The position numbers and the translations under genes are program-made. A stretch of DNA of 64,000 nt from the human T2T-CHM13v2.0 reference genome, Homo sapiens: assembly GCF_009914755.1 (NCBI RefSeq), contig NC_060926.1, one strand, 5' to 3'. Positions within the stretch are counted from its first letter, which is position 1. The number at the start of each line of letters is the position of its first letter. Below are positions 44,355 to 58,888 of the stretch, piece after piece. The notes beneath the pieces are model-generated. The model searched no databases. It was not told where the DNA came from and saw only the letters and a list, made by a program, of their open reading frames with translations.

Positions 44355-45999
44355 TAGTCTATTCCACAGACACTGCAGTTCTCTAAAATGCAAACTTTCT
44401 CTTTCCTCGGTCCTCTTATTATTAATACTTGGTTGTGGTGACAGTGGGGTTAAGGTTATATGCAGAAATGGCAATTTCTGTCAGCCCTGAGAGTAGGCAG
44501 CAAGCCCTAACAATGGGCAGTTCTCTGGGTCTCTGATCTTACAATGTGAGGTAGTTAGTTCTTTGGTGTTTTACAGTTTCCTAAAAACTGGGAAAAAATA
44601 ATCTCACTGGGTATTTGACAACATTCTTTACTGTAAAGCTACAGAGGTGGGATGAGATCAGACCCCTTTGGGTCTCCCTGTTCAGTTGAGGTGGGTATGA
44701 GGGAAGCCATCTTTTTGGCCATAGAGAGGAGTTTGGTCTTTTTCTTAGGAGCAATGAAAAACTATTGAAGGATTTTAAACAAGGAAGTGATATAATCAAA
44801 TGGTAGCATAATCCTAAAAATTTGTTTTCTCCCTTTATTTACTCCTTTATTCAATGATTCTGATATCCTGGTCTTTTGGTCTTCTTGCCTCAGGACTTTT
44901 GGTGGGGACAGGTGAGTGAAGGGGAAGCTGCTTCAATGACCACAGGAATGTCTAGATTTTGAAAAGCTAAGGTTGCAGGAGAAATGATACTTGACTTTGA
45001 GTAGAGGAGAAGAGCCTGTAAGGGTACTAGTGGGGGAGAGAATAATTTCCCCAAGTCTGGGAAGGACCTGTGGTCAGTGGGTTCCGACCCTGCTGAGAGT
45101 TGATGCATGGATCTGTACTGGTGGTGAATGGATGAGAGGGGCTCCAGGTGAGGTTGGCTAATTGCGGGGGCTCCTCGCCTGTTCCTGGGCACAGGAACAG
45201 CGATTCCTCAACTCTGAGGGACGGGAAGGCTGACACTGGGTGTTTCAGTAGTGAGCCCTGTTGGCTAAAGGCCAAAGAAGCTTCCACCCTGAAGCGTGTT
45301 TGTGTGACCCCAAAAAAGGAGAAGGCATGTTTATGACTGAGATTGAATTTCTCCACAGTATGTCTGACTATGGGCTCAGAATAAAATTTACGCATAGTTA
45401 AAGAAACAAGGTATTTCCTGTTTATCTGAGTTTATGGCTATAAATTCATATGGGCAATGGTCAGATATGCATTTTAGGAAGATAATTATGACTATAGTGT
45501 GGGTTGGAGGAGAGCAAGATGAGATACAGGGACTCCTAAGTAATAATCCTATGTGATCAAATTCTAATGGGACTTTTCAACTTACGTTACTCAGCACTGA
45601 AGATAAGATTATATATTTGTCAAATAATATGTGTGAATGTCTTGGTGGAATGCCTAGCACATAAAAGTCACTTAAAACAATTATTTTCTTTAATAATTAT
45701 TTCAGTAATCAACAATGAATGTTCATCAGTATAACTAACAAAGTAATTACCCTAATAAATATAATGAGTAAATGTTGACCATCTACTGTATGCTGGGCAC
45801 TGTGCTATGCAGTGGGACCATGATAGTGAACAAAGGCAGAAGTAGTTCCCGCTGTCATGGAGTTTATGAGGAAGTGCCACACCAAGCTTAGGAATAAGGA
45901 ACCATAATATAATAAATACTATGAGCACAAAGTGTATTTCTTTTTTGTTAGACTGTGGGTTCCTTGAATGCAAGGAATATTTCTTTAATTATCTGTGTA

Positions 46000-47230
46000 G
46001 CAGATACTGTTTCATGGGTCAGATGCCCAGGAGTGTACAAGTAGAATTTAACTTAATTCTCTATAATGACCCAATCTCAATTTTGAGATGACATTATTCT
46101 TGGTACAGAAAACCCATTCTCATCACTTCCAGGTAAACATTTTTCCTTCAGTGATTTTTCTTATTCAAATTCAAGATGTTCTCAGTCAATTTGGGTTTTC
46201 TCTTCCCTATTCTTCTCTTTCTCTTTTGTATCTGCATGTGGAGGGGAACTTGCTGTCCCTGCTGTGTTGTCAGGTAGGACCTTTAGACTGGGATGGTCCT
46301 ACTGGTCTTCCTGGCATCTTCTGGCAATGCAAGTGGTCCATTATTTGTAGTGATCAGTGACATCCCCCACTGGTACCTATTAAGGCAGCCCAGCTGAGCC
46401 CTTTGAGCTGGATTCACACAATCCATGTGGCATTTGGGCTGTGTTCCCCTTCACTGGAGTCTGTGACTTCTCACTAGTAATGTAAGATCCACACCTGCCT
46501 GCTGCTTCTCAGTATCCCACCTGCATTGTTCTTTGCTGCCAGGGGAAACATTGAGTTGCCTCATTATACCCTATCATCAACACTTGGACTTCCCAGGTAG
46601 CTTACCAAGGCCCTAGCACTCCATGTAAACATCTCTCTCCCATGCAGGGTGGCATGGGGATTGCTGTGGGGCTTTCTGTCCTTGCAAACCCCCAGAGAGA
46701 AGTGTTCTGTTTCCAGGCCTTGCTGTTGTAGGGATCTTTTCCCCTGAAGTTCTCCATTCTCTAGATTTCACCCAGGAAGCAAGGCACAGGTGTCTTGGTG
46801 CTTATTGTCATAACTAAAGAAAGTTCTATGGTGCTCCTCTTCCTCTGGGATTAAGCCAGAATGGGGCCGACCAGACACAGCCTATAAGCTGCTTTTTTCA
46901 CCTATCTGAAAGTGCTGCTCACGAGTGTGAACAGACTGTGTCTGCGGAGGCGGGATGGCCTGGCTTTTCTCTACTCTCCTTCCAATCTTTTGTCATAGCA
47001 GGAACTCTGGGCCTAATATCCTTTATGGCCTAGCTTTTTAAGTTCCAGCATGCTGTATCTTGCAAATCACAAATCTTGGCTTGCAACATCGTTACCTCTC
47101 TGGTCAAGAGAAGGATCCACGTGGAGGAGGAAGACAGCATTGAAACATGGGTTGGGGACGTGGAGGAGGAAGACAGCATTGAAACATGGGTTGGGGGAAC
47201 CACAGTGTGATCTTCACAGTGTAACCAGCT
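46000..47230. mobile_element. Ancient LTR (LTR78-like)
   Basis: ttaaggcagcccagctgagccctttgagctggattcacacaatccatgtggcatttgggctg.. LTR-like block; family uncertain. Confidence 0.4.
47119..47196. repeat. Perfect 39-bp tandem duplication
   Basis: acgtggaggaggaagacagcattgaaacatgggttgggg x2. Confidence 0.95.
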
Positions 47231-47739
47231 AACTCAGATCTTCTAGACCCAAACCATTAATAGGCCAAATGCATGCTAGACTTTATAATTACTTAAGTAA
47301 CTGAAGAGATTAATAAGTCCACAAATCAATGAATTAATCAGAACCCAGTAGAATAATTGAAAATCTGGCTGCTAGTTGTCTGTCTTATTCTCAGGGTGCT
47401 GTGCAGTGGGAAGAAACAGTCTGAGTGGTCACAGTTCTTCTGGTGCTGATTAGAGCACTGCATTATATAGCCTTGGATTCTACTCAAAAGAATTCCTAGA
47501 GGAGAGAAAGCAGCCAAAGCTGATTCTAGGGAAAACATTTGGTTAATATAACCCCTAGGAAATCAGCAATCTCCTCCTACCCACAGTCTTAAAGAGTGTT
47601 TTGGGATTGTCATAAAGATAGAACAAAAGCCAAGCTACTGGGAGTTTTCTCACAGCTGCCAACCAAGCAGTGAGAAATGAGTCATTTGAGCTTGCCCTAC
47701 CCTATTTGCTTTTGTCTAACAAAATTCTGACTTACTTAC

Positions 47740-48115
47740 TGTTGATTGTTTCAATTTTTTCCCCGTATGTTTCTGAAGCATTCAGATGTGAAAGTGGAAA
47801 GTACTCTACTGGAATGAGATGCTGATGATAAAAAATTGGGGAGGAATTACAAATAGTTTAAGAGATGTTCTTAAAATGCAATTTGATCTTGATAAATGGG
47901 ATACATAGGCTGAAATCAGTAAAAGGAAATTTAATAAAGTAGCTCATGTGAGGGAGGAGAAATAAAAGCATAGCATTCTACTGGGCAAAATCTATTCTCC
48001 ATAAAACTGCCAAGCAAGCTTTTAGAGATTTGGCTATTAATGTAATGATTATGAATCGTGTGAGTGTGTTAAAATAACAATAGGTATATTGCTTTACATC
48101 AATAGAAATATCACA
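47740..48115 (+). mobile_element. L3/CR1 RT remnant
   Basis: ADDKKLG/GITNSLRDVLKMQFDLDKWDT*AEISKRKFNK, similar to CR1 ADDTKLGG..IQ.DLD.L..WAE.N.MKFN. Confidence 0.8.
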
Positions 48116-49383
48116 AATAAAATAATTTTAAAAGACTATTGTACCATACATGAAACAATTAAGTTGCTGCTGTAATTGAAGCAAGAAGAATAGCAGATTT
48201 CAAAAATAGCCCCCAAACAACTCGTCTTGGTAGACTGAATATTCTCTGATGCCCAGAAAAAGGTAAGAGGAAATCTCGTAATTGAGAATGGCATAACATC
48301 TCTCTACTGTCTACAGAAAATGCTGGAACTACCTTACTTGTAAAGATAGAAGAATTTTTCTCTTTAGCTTCTGTCTTTGTAGCAATACCTTTTCCTCTGC
48401 CTCAACTGTTATGTTGGAGATAGCTGTGTATTTTTATGGGAGCATTTTGTGACTGTCTTCAGGTCATTATAGAACTAATCAACTAATTTCTCCCCTATAC
48501 TTCCACCCTGGCCATCAAGCCTGAGTGCAAACACCTACACTAATCATAAATGTGATTCATAAAATCCTCCTAACATTGATCTATTCATGGCTATTTTTAT
48601 TTTTTTACAGTGTAGTAATCATCTATAAATCCACTTCATGAAACACAACCTGGAAACCTGCAATGATCTTCATCTGAACCCCAGGTTCCAGGATCCACTC
48701 CATCTTGTCATCACCCTGCATCTCTGACATGAGATGACCATCACCTAAAATTCCTTGTTCATCAATTCCTTTTTCTGATTTTACATAGTTTTATTGCATT
48801 TATTTAGAATCTTAAAAGTTTATTTTTGAGCATAATAAGGTATGTAATTGCTTGGGATTTACTTTTTAAATATATTTCCAAGATTGATCCACATTTCTGT
48901 GTTACTACAGTTCATCCATCTTCTGTATAATATTCCACTGCATAAATATGCCATAGTGTATTCATCTTCTCTTCTGTTGATGGATACTTGGTTTACTTCC
49001 AGGTTTTGGCTCCTGTAAACAATACTTCTATGAACATTCCGGTAGACTTATTCTACTAGAAAGTTTTTCTGGATCTTTTTTATAATCTTTCAGTCTCTAG
49101 TGTCTCTTATACTAAATTCACTTGTCCCTATCCTTGTCTCATATTCCCTTGCCACTACTGTTAGATAACTATATTCTCCTTTCCAGACTCTTCTAAGAGT
49201 GGTACATAACTGCCTCTACTGTCTCTACTTCCTCAGTTTGTATTCACTCTTCAACTCGTTATCTTCTTCCAAACTACCTTTGCTGAGATTATCAATTATT
49301 TCCATATTGCCAAATCCAATGAACGTTTTTCAGCAGTCTTATTAGAGCTGCTAACCATATTTGATGCAGTTGAGCATTCCTTT

Positions 49384-49760
49384 TGTCTTAGTCCATTGTG
49401 TGTTGCTGTAACAGAGTACCACAAACTGGGTAATTTATAAAGAAAATAGATTTATTTCTCATAGTTTTGAAGGCTGGGAAGTTTAATATCAAGGTGCTGG
49501 CATCTGATGAGGGCCTTCTTGCTGTCTCATCCCATGGTGGGAAGGTGGAAGGACAAGAGAGCACTGGCATGAGAGAGGGTGGAGAAGAGAGCTGAACTCC
49601 TCATTTAATTAGGAAAACACTCCCATGATAACTAACCCACTTCCACAATAATGGTATTAATCCATTCATGAGGGCAGAACCCTCATGATCTAATCACCTC
49701 TTAAAGGTCTTACCTTGCAACTCTGTTGCACTGGGGATTTAATTTCCAAACTATGTTTGG
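49384..49760 (-). mobile_element. MST/MLT1A LTR nested in L2 (L2 about 49090-50720)
   Basis: tgtcttagtccattgtgtgttgctgtaacagagtaccac..taatcacctcttaaagg. Confidence 0.85.
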
Positions 49761-51336
49761 GCAATTTGAGCTCTTTCTTCTTCACTTACCACCTAATGAT
49801 AAATAATGGAATTTATCAGAGGTCAGTTCTAGGTCTCTTTCTCTTTTCCCTTAATACTCTCCCATAGTTATGCCTGTTGTCTCAGCAAAATTCTTAATAG
49901 CATATCCTTTTTCTCTCAGAAGTGTCCTAGTTTTGATGGTAAATTATATATGCTCCTTACTTAGAGACCAGTGGTTTCCAGCTCATCCATGACTTATTTA
50001 TCAAATCTTCTACCAATTATCTTTCCTTAGCTATTTTACAGGCACCTCAAACTCAATATTTCTAAAACTGAACTTTTGCTGTTTCTTTTAACACCCATTT
50101 CTCCCAGGTCTCCATCTCAGAAAAGGGTACCTCCACCACTTACTTGCTCAAGTGCTGAACCTTGGAGACTGTTTTTATGTGTGTGTATGTGTTTGATTTT
50201 TGCTTGCTTGTTTGCTTTTTAATTTTCTGTTTCCTAGCCCATGTGTCTCCAAAACCTGTCAATTCTAACTCCATCACTGGCACTAACTCCATTGTTCCCT
50301 TTTGCCTGGGAGCTGCAAAGGGCTCTTATCTAACTTCCTGGGCTCCACTCTTCCCCAGCTTTCTCACTTCCATCTCTTCTCCTACCCTGATATTTAAAAA
50401 ATATGAATCAGATCATGTCACTACCTGCTTAAAATCTTTTGATTGTTTGCCATTGCAGTAAGAATATAATCACACTGCTTTTCCAGCCTCTGAGGCTCTC
50501 TGTGCTCCTCCCATGACTGCTGGTGTAGTCTCAGCTGGGGTCATCAGCTCTTTTTCACCCCACTCGAACTGCTCCATTCTTTCCTTGCAACTAGCTCTTC
50601 CCTGTCCTAGGGCCTTGGCACATGGAAACCTCTCCCAGACATTCCCACTTTTAACTCAGATAACACTTTTTATTCTTCACATCTCAGCTTGAATATCATT
50701 TCTGCTGGAATGTGGCATCATTGGGGGAGGGGGTGAGATTTAAAAATACTTTTATTTTGAAGGAATGCATTTTATTTCCTAAATTAGATAATGTAGGTAA
50801 GCAAAAAAAAAAATCATCCACAATCCCACCACTCAAAGAAAACAAAGTTATCACTTTGGTGTCTATTTTTCCCAGTGTTTTCTTTGTCTGCATCACATAA
50901 ATATCAATTGCTTAAATGACTCCAAGTCCTATAACTGGTGGGAGTCATTCTGTTCTGGGAATTTTACATGTAATTCACCCCAGGACCTCCTTTACATTGG
51001 AAAACTTTTTATTCCTCACCATATCCCCAGGGATTCTTGGAAATTGGGCAAACAGTTTTCCTGGTCACATCTTGCTTCAATTTACTGCTTCTACCGCTGT
51101 CTTGATCTCCCTTGTGTCTAGTATCTTGTGCAGATGCAGACATGGAACACAGCTCCTAGTACTTGATCCTGAGATTCCCTTTGCCAGGAGTAGAGTCGGG
51201 GGCTGGAAAATGTTACAGAAGAACACAGCATGGCTGCAACACATCTCCATTTTCAAAATTCCTTTAGCTACTTCATCCTGAGGATGTCTTGCTATACAAG
51301 AGTGAAAGCCACCTGCTGCATCACTGGGCTGGGCAG

Positions 51337-51376
51337 TCTCTGTCTGTCTCTGTCTCTCTGTCTCTCTGTCTCTCTG

Positions 51377-51462
<86 letters not shown>
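51337..51462. repeat. (TCTG/TC)n microsatellite
   Basis: Compound tctctg repeat grading into long pure (tc)n. Confidence 0.97.
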
Positions 51463-51465
<3 letters not shown>

Positions 51466-52422
51466 TAACGATTCTCTTCACTCAGCCCTCCTCCTGCTCC
51501 AGATCCTGTGACTGTCCTTGTCGGGAACAATTCAATGTTTGGTCTATTTTGATGGTTCTTTCCAGACCATTTTCTGGAGCGTCTCGGTTGCTACACCCAA
51601 GCCTGCTTAGGCATCTTTCCTAAACAACGGGTATTTCAGGCTAGAGAGAAACCATGCCATTCCTCTGGTGGGCAGAAATAGTTCTGACTGGCTGTTGTTT
51701 TAAATAGTTTTTACCTTCTCTTCTTGGCATATAAGAAATGCTTTTCTTCTCTTCCTAAATGGTATCCTACAATATATACTATTAGAAATCTGCTTTCTTT
51801 ACTTAACAATTGATGGTGAACATCTTCTATGTCAAAACATGTACAAATTTTAGATAGTAAAGTACAGCATTTCATAGACTGTGGTGGACAATATATCCTG
51901 AAGCGTTGTTAGAAATGCACATTCTCAGGCCCTGTGCCAGGCCTAATCCATGTAATTGCTACATGTTGGTCCCCAGAACGTTCACACACACTTAAAAGTT
52001 TGAGGCACAGTGGAATACAGCATTTGCATGGCCTTAATAAGAACCAAATGCAATTATTATTACTTTCATTGGAAAACCTGTAAAGGACAATTCTGGACAT
52101 TTATATGGCCATTTAATTTGTGCTTTGAAGCAACTAGCTTTTCTTGTTCAATGTGACATTGATGCCAAAATGCAAAATGCTCCTTGGGTGAACAAATGGG
52201 TGTGAAAAAATATATATGTAAAGTGCTTTCCTAAAATATGATGTCTTCAATAGCTCTCCTATACTTTGGCTAAAGTAAACCACAAAGTCTATGATTTTCA
52301 CATTATATTTTTATAGAAAGTAAAAATATCAGTTTAGTAGTTTTAAAAATATACAATCATCTCTTATCTTTTCAAATATTTAGTCTAAAATTCTAAATCA
52401 GATGGTTTTAAAAGCAATTTAC

Positions 52423-53085
52423 ATATATATATTTAAGACTAAAATAACTTTTGCTTTTGACTCATTAAGAACATAATTACTTAGTATGAGCTCTTTGAAG
52501 AGGAACTGCTGTTACTCATAGAAAGGTGAAATATACTTAATGAGCTAGGCCTAGTTGAAAACTATGATATGGTTTATTTTGGAATTCCAAGTAAATACAG
52601 GAAAAATAAAATCCCACTTCTGGTCTCATATTGCAGAAGATTATAATGAAGTGAGCTGCTTTTTCCTTGAGAACAAATCAGAAATTAACTTCCCAATAAT
52701 GTTACTTCTAACTTGTTTTGTTTTAGAGCTCTTAGAAACTATTAATTTCACTAGCGAGCTATATGCTGTGCAGGCATAGCCGTGTGAAAATACCAGTTTT
52801 TAAAACCCCTCGACTGAAAAGTCATTTAGCACATTTTTCTGCTCACAGTTGAAAAGTTTCAACTTCCAGCTTGCAAAATCATTAAGTGTGTGTATGCTTC
52901 CAATTAGTAGCAAGATTTTCCCGATACATGGTCCAAGGTTACACAGTGGTCTACAGAGGATTTGTGGAGACCTCTTTGTCATCTCCTTTCCTGCTGCCGT
53001 TACATGCAAAGTTTGCGGAACTTTGGCTGCTGACCAAGATGCCAAAATTTCTGAACATTAATTCATTAGGAAGTAGCAATTCCAT
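52423..53085 (-). pseudogene. VLIG relic exon I: GTPase G1-G4 region
   Basis: Acceptor tgtattctctttgttcag|. Contains PNELM, LASWSAAKV, P-loop relic LCNLGPC-SGKS (52913-52934), G2 FQL*AEKCAK*LF (52816-52854), G3 relic VTLLGS*F (52682-52705), DQKWDFIF..NHIIVFN and SKAKVILVLN. Confidence 0.8.
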
Positions 53086-53557
53086 CTGAACAAAGAGAAT
53101 ACAGCATTTCAGATTTGTTTCTTTGGATATAACTTTCAGGAAGTCAGAGAGTTAAAAACCAGAAAGGCTTTGTTTAACAAATGGAAGCTATTTGTTCATG
53201 TGCCAGTGGGAATTGTTTTATAATGTTCCTTTCAGAACAGAACAGAATTAAATAATGCACTCTGAAATATTTCACCAAGTAATACACTTGAAAGTTTTCA
53301 TCATTTGTAAAGGAAGGAGAGAAAAACCAAAGTACAGGCTGAAAGTATTCCTTAAGTCAAGCTTTCATCTATAACATTAAAAAAGTCACTCCTAAGCAGA
53401 TCACGAGGATAGAAAGAGGATATTCAAATATTACACATAGGTATTAGATAAACGTAGTCATTTTACACTTTGGCCCCAGTCTGTCAAACATACTCTTGAA
53501 AAAAAAATCCTCTTGTGTTTTTGTATTATGATATATCAATCTGTCAAGCCTCCCTAC

Positions 53558-53697
53558 CTAGGGCTTGGTATGGAAGCTGCTCTCACATCTTTACAATATA
53601 TCCAGGAGCAGTTTGTACTGCAGAAATCTAAGGAACTTCCCGTGAAATTAAACAGAAACATATCTAGAAAGACATTAGTATATTTCCAATGTTCAAT
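53558..53697 (-). pseudogene. VLIG relic exon H
   Basis: Acceptor gtcctttctctag| and donor TAG|gtaggg. Reads ISREVP*IS..EQLPYQAL(D) (cf. LREVGQIY..LSLPQIAAD). Confidence 0.7.
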
Positions 53698-53803
53698 CTA
53701 GAGAAAGGACATTTTGAACAAATAATAGTCAAAATTATAGTAATTACTATTTTTTCCTGCATGTGTATATCATGTAAGTCAAATGAAACATCTGTCTACT
53801 TAC

Positions 53804-54040
53804 ACTATACAAAATTTATCAAGTAAAATTCACACAGAACAGTTAATGTCGATAATTTGTGGAAATAAAGTCTTCAGGAATATTTTAATGCATGTCAAAA
53901 ATTTAGAATTGGTGGGATTTGTGTTTTTGTCTAATTTGTTTGTGATTTTAAGGTATCATTTACATAAAAAAATCTGGAAGTCTGAGCTAATAGCACATGT
54001 GGATTTACATGAAGACTTTCTCATTTTTTAGAGCATAGTA
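53804..54040 (-). pseudogene. VLIG relic exon G
   Basis: Acceptor tgctttgcag| and donor AGT|gtaagt. Reads YYALKNEKVFM*IHMCY*LR.., later HALKYS*RLYFHKL / ILLDKF (cf. ELYHLR..KLYFLQWLSVFLD). Confidence 0.6.
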
Positions 54041-54190
54041 CTGCAAAGCACTGGCATGCATGCACCCACACACACCCACACCCACACGCAGAACACTGAT
54101 GAGTATTAGCTTTGTTGGTTGGTTGGTAAATGAATTGACTGAAAGTGGAACTCATTGGAATAAGAATGTCCATATCCATGTTCAACCTAC

Positions 54191-54262
54191 TTGCAGTGGT
54201 GGATGTAGAAGATGCTTCTTTCACATAGTCATTACAGAATCCGTTATTAAAATGGCCTCACC
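54191..54262 (-). pseudogene. VLIG relic exon F (5' boundary unclear)
   Basis: EAILITDSVMTM*KKHLLHPPLQ then phase-0 donor CAA|gtaggt (cf. MALL..KENFLPLQ). Confidence 0.6.
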
Positions 54263-54419
54263 AATGGGAAGAGGGTCTCCCTCTCTCTAGTTCAGTCCTC
54301 CAGGTCCCTTTCACCTCAGCTGCTGCCACTGTCTTCCAATTGGTCTTTCCACTTCACTGTTGTTCCCCTCCAAACCATTCTTCGCATAACAGCCAGAGTG
54401 ATATGTATCTTTTAAGGTC

Positions 54420-55555
<1,136 letters not shown>

Positions 55556-56996
55556 AGGGTGATCTTTTAAAAACAGAAATTAAATAATGTCTCCTGCTTA
55601 AAACTCTCCATGGCTTTTAATTACTCCTTACCATAGTCATCAGGCCTGAACATATCTAGCCCCTGCTTATTTTCCTAACCTCATCTGGTGCCTTTCCCTT
55701 GCCACTTAATATATACCCCAGCCACACTGGTGTCTGTTGACTTCCCAGGACACCCTAAACTCTTTCCCCTCTCAGGACTTGTACATTGCTCCTCCTCCTG
55801 CCAGAGCTGCCCTCACTCCGCATGAAAGGCTGCTGACCATCCTGTGGGTCTCTACCCTACCTGGGCTGCTGACCTCCTGTGGAAGGATGCCCCTCTACTT
55901 TTTTGATTCTCTCCCAGCACCTTGCTCATTTCCTTTGTAGCATCTATCACTATCTGTAGTGAGTTTCTTTCTTCACTTGTTCTCCTGCTTGCTTTCAACG
56001 GGGGAATGTAAGCTCCACGAGTTGACAGTGGCTGTCATTACTATTGCTGTCTCAGAGCCTCCAAGTGCATAATGAATGCTTATCAGTTTGGAACTGAGTC
56101 ACAATGAATTCATAGTCAAATTGCATAAAGGTCAAGAAAATTTCTCACATATCTGTAACCTCTGCCTCCTACAAATATATGTTCAATTTTTCTAATTTAT
56201 AAAAATAAAATCCTTCATAGACTAAATTTTTTGTCTAAAATCTTGTATCTTTTAAAATGTAATATATATGCATTTAAGAGTAAATACATAGTTTAATATT
56301 TATGTTGCTAGACTCAAAATTGCTAAAGAAATTGTAGCTAGATTGGCTTCTCTCTAACAACTGGCAATTAAAATTACTTGTATTTTTAAAAAACTGGTAT
56401 AATAGATAAATTTAAAAGGTAAAAAAACCCAAATATCATATAATTTAAGCAATTTTACCTCATCAAGAAAAATATATGTAAGCTCTAACTTTTATCTGAC
56501 ATCACGCCTGTTTTATTCCAGTGTTCCTGAATAAATCTAAAAAACACCAAATAATTTGCCAAACAAGTTTTAAAAGTAATTTAAAGAGTAGGTGGGAGGA
56601 ACATTGAGAGGTTTTAATCTTTACTTATTTTAATTCCATGTTACTCATCTTGGGTAGGAGGCTAGAAGTACCAGCTTCAAGTTATAGAGTTCATAAATTA
56701 AAAGAGTTAGTGAATTGCCTGGGATTCATTGAACAAGAAATGTTTTCTATATGGGTGATTTTAGAACTATCCCTTTGCACATTTATATGCTGGTATGTAG
56801 ATGTGTGCCCACTTTATTCATCCTGCTTGGTGTTTTATGAGAAACTTCTCCCTTCTCACCTCCACTGTACCTATTCTCTTCTTCTATGACTTCTTTTGAC
56901 AGACGGTCTAGCATCTGTTGTTTTACTTTTTTTCTCACATTTTCTTTTTGTTTTTTTAGTCATATATGTTTTTTGTAAAAGATGCCTTTTACTGTT

Positions 56997-57455
56997 TCTA
57001 ACTCAGTGTTTCTCAAACTGTATTGTGCATTTGAATCATCTTGGAGACATGTTACAAAATAAATTGCTGGGCTCTGACTCAGCAGTTCTAGAGTGGGGTC
57101 CAAGAAATTGCATTTGTGACAAATTATCTGGTGATTCTGAGGCTAATGGGATGGGGCCGACAATTTGAGAGACATGCCTCTATATCCTTGCTACTCAAAG
57201 CATGTCTGAGGATCAGTATCACATGTCTAACAAGCTCCCAGGTGATGTGGAAGCTACTACATACTTTGAGTGGCAAGAATCTAAAACAGTGGTTCTCAAA
57301 TTCTGAATCTTTGATGAACAGCATCAGAATCACCTGAGAGCATGTTAGAAATGCATTTTCTCAGGCCCCATTTGAGATGTATGAAATCAGAATTTGCATT
57401 TTAACAAGACCCCCGGGACTAGTACACACCCTGAAGCTGAGAAGCCTCATTCTAG
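56997..57455. mobile_element. MER5A/B cluster
   Basis: Repeated cagtg(g)ttctcaaa..aacaagctcccaggtga.. motifs. Confidence 0.8.
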
Positions 57456-57959
57456 ATCACCTGGTCTTTACTGTGCCGATTTTATTGTACAGTCCGGCCA
57501 TTCTATTTTTATTTCAGATAAGATTTTAAATTTTATGTACTCTTTAAAAATGTTTGATTACTCATTTTCATCACAGTCTAATCTGCTTATGGATGCAATA
57601 TCTTCTCAAAACATCCTGAGGCTACTCCTTATACATTTGGGCTTTTTTCCATTTTCCTCGTTATTTCTGTTCCTTCCAGTTTTCCTTATGCTGCTTATTA
57701 ATCTTCTTCCTTGTATTTGTCGCTGTCCTGTGGTAAAAAGTGATCCCAGAAACCACCATGGCTCATAAGAACAAAGGTGTATTTCTTGTTTATTGTTTAG
57801 GTTGGCTGAAAGTCAGTACCAGTTCCACTCCTGCTCCCTGTATCTTTTCATCCCAAGAGGCTAAATAAGGGGGCTTAAAATGGGCTATGCCTTTCTTGAG
57901 GAAGAAGGAAAAGAGCAGGAGGACTGATAGAAACACACAAAGGCTCTTAAAAGTTTTGC

Positions 57960-58245
57960 TGATTCATACCTGTTACCCCAACACTTTGGGAGACTAAGGC
58001 AGGCAGATTGCTTGAGTCCAGGAGTTTTGTACCAGCCAGGGCAACATGGCAAAACCCTGTCTCTACAAAACATACAAAAAATTACTTGGGTATGGTAGTG
58101 TGTGCCTGTAGTCCCAGCTACTCAGGAGGCTGAGGAGGGAGGATCACCTGAGCCTGGGAGGTAGAAGCTGCAGTGAGCTGTGATGTGCCACTGCACTCCA
58201 GCCTGGGTGACAGAGTGAGACTCTGTCTCAAAAAAAAAAAAAAAA
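57960..58245 (+). mobile_element. AluJ inside an old MaLR LTR
   Basis: Dimer with A tail; TSD-like agttttgct. Confidence 0.9.
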
Positions 58246-58595
58246 TAGTTTTGCTTGGATACGGGGTCCGTCATATCTGCTCACATGCTATTGCCAAAGC
58301 AAGTCTTAAGGTAAATCCAATATCAAGAGGATAGGAAGTACGCTTCTTCCACAGGAGGCTCCATAACTTACAGATAGAAGAATAGACAATCAATAGAGTT
58401 ATATAATCCCATCAGAAGAAGGGGAAGTAAAAAATTGCAAACAATAATACAATTTGCTTCCTGTTCTTTTATGATGTTGGTTTTCTTCAAAAACCTGATA
58501 TGTATACATATACATACATACATATACATATGTGTATATGTATATATGTATGTATCAGTGATAGATATTATACTATGTAATGAAGCATATATACA

Positions 58596-58888
<293 letters not shown>

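Noticed and set aside
51230-51511. Ser-Leu repeat ORF
   Set aside because: Translation of the (TC)n microsatellite.
52800-53045. 81-aa minus ORF as a functional small protein
   Set aside because: It is one stop-free stretch of the frameshifted GTPase relic, starts at a non-ATG codon and has a broken P-loop.
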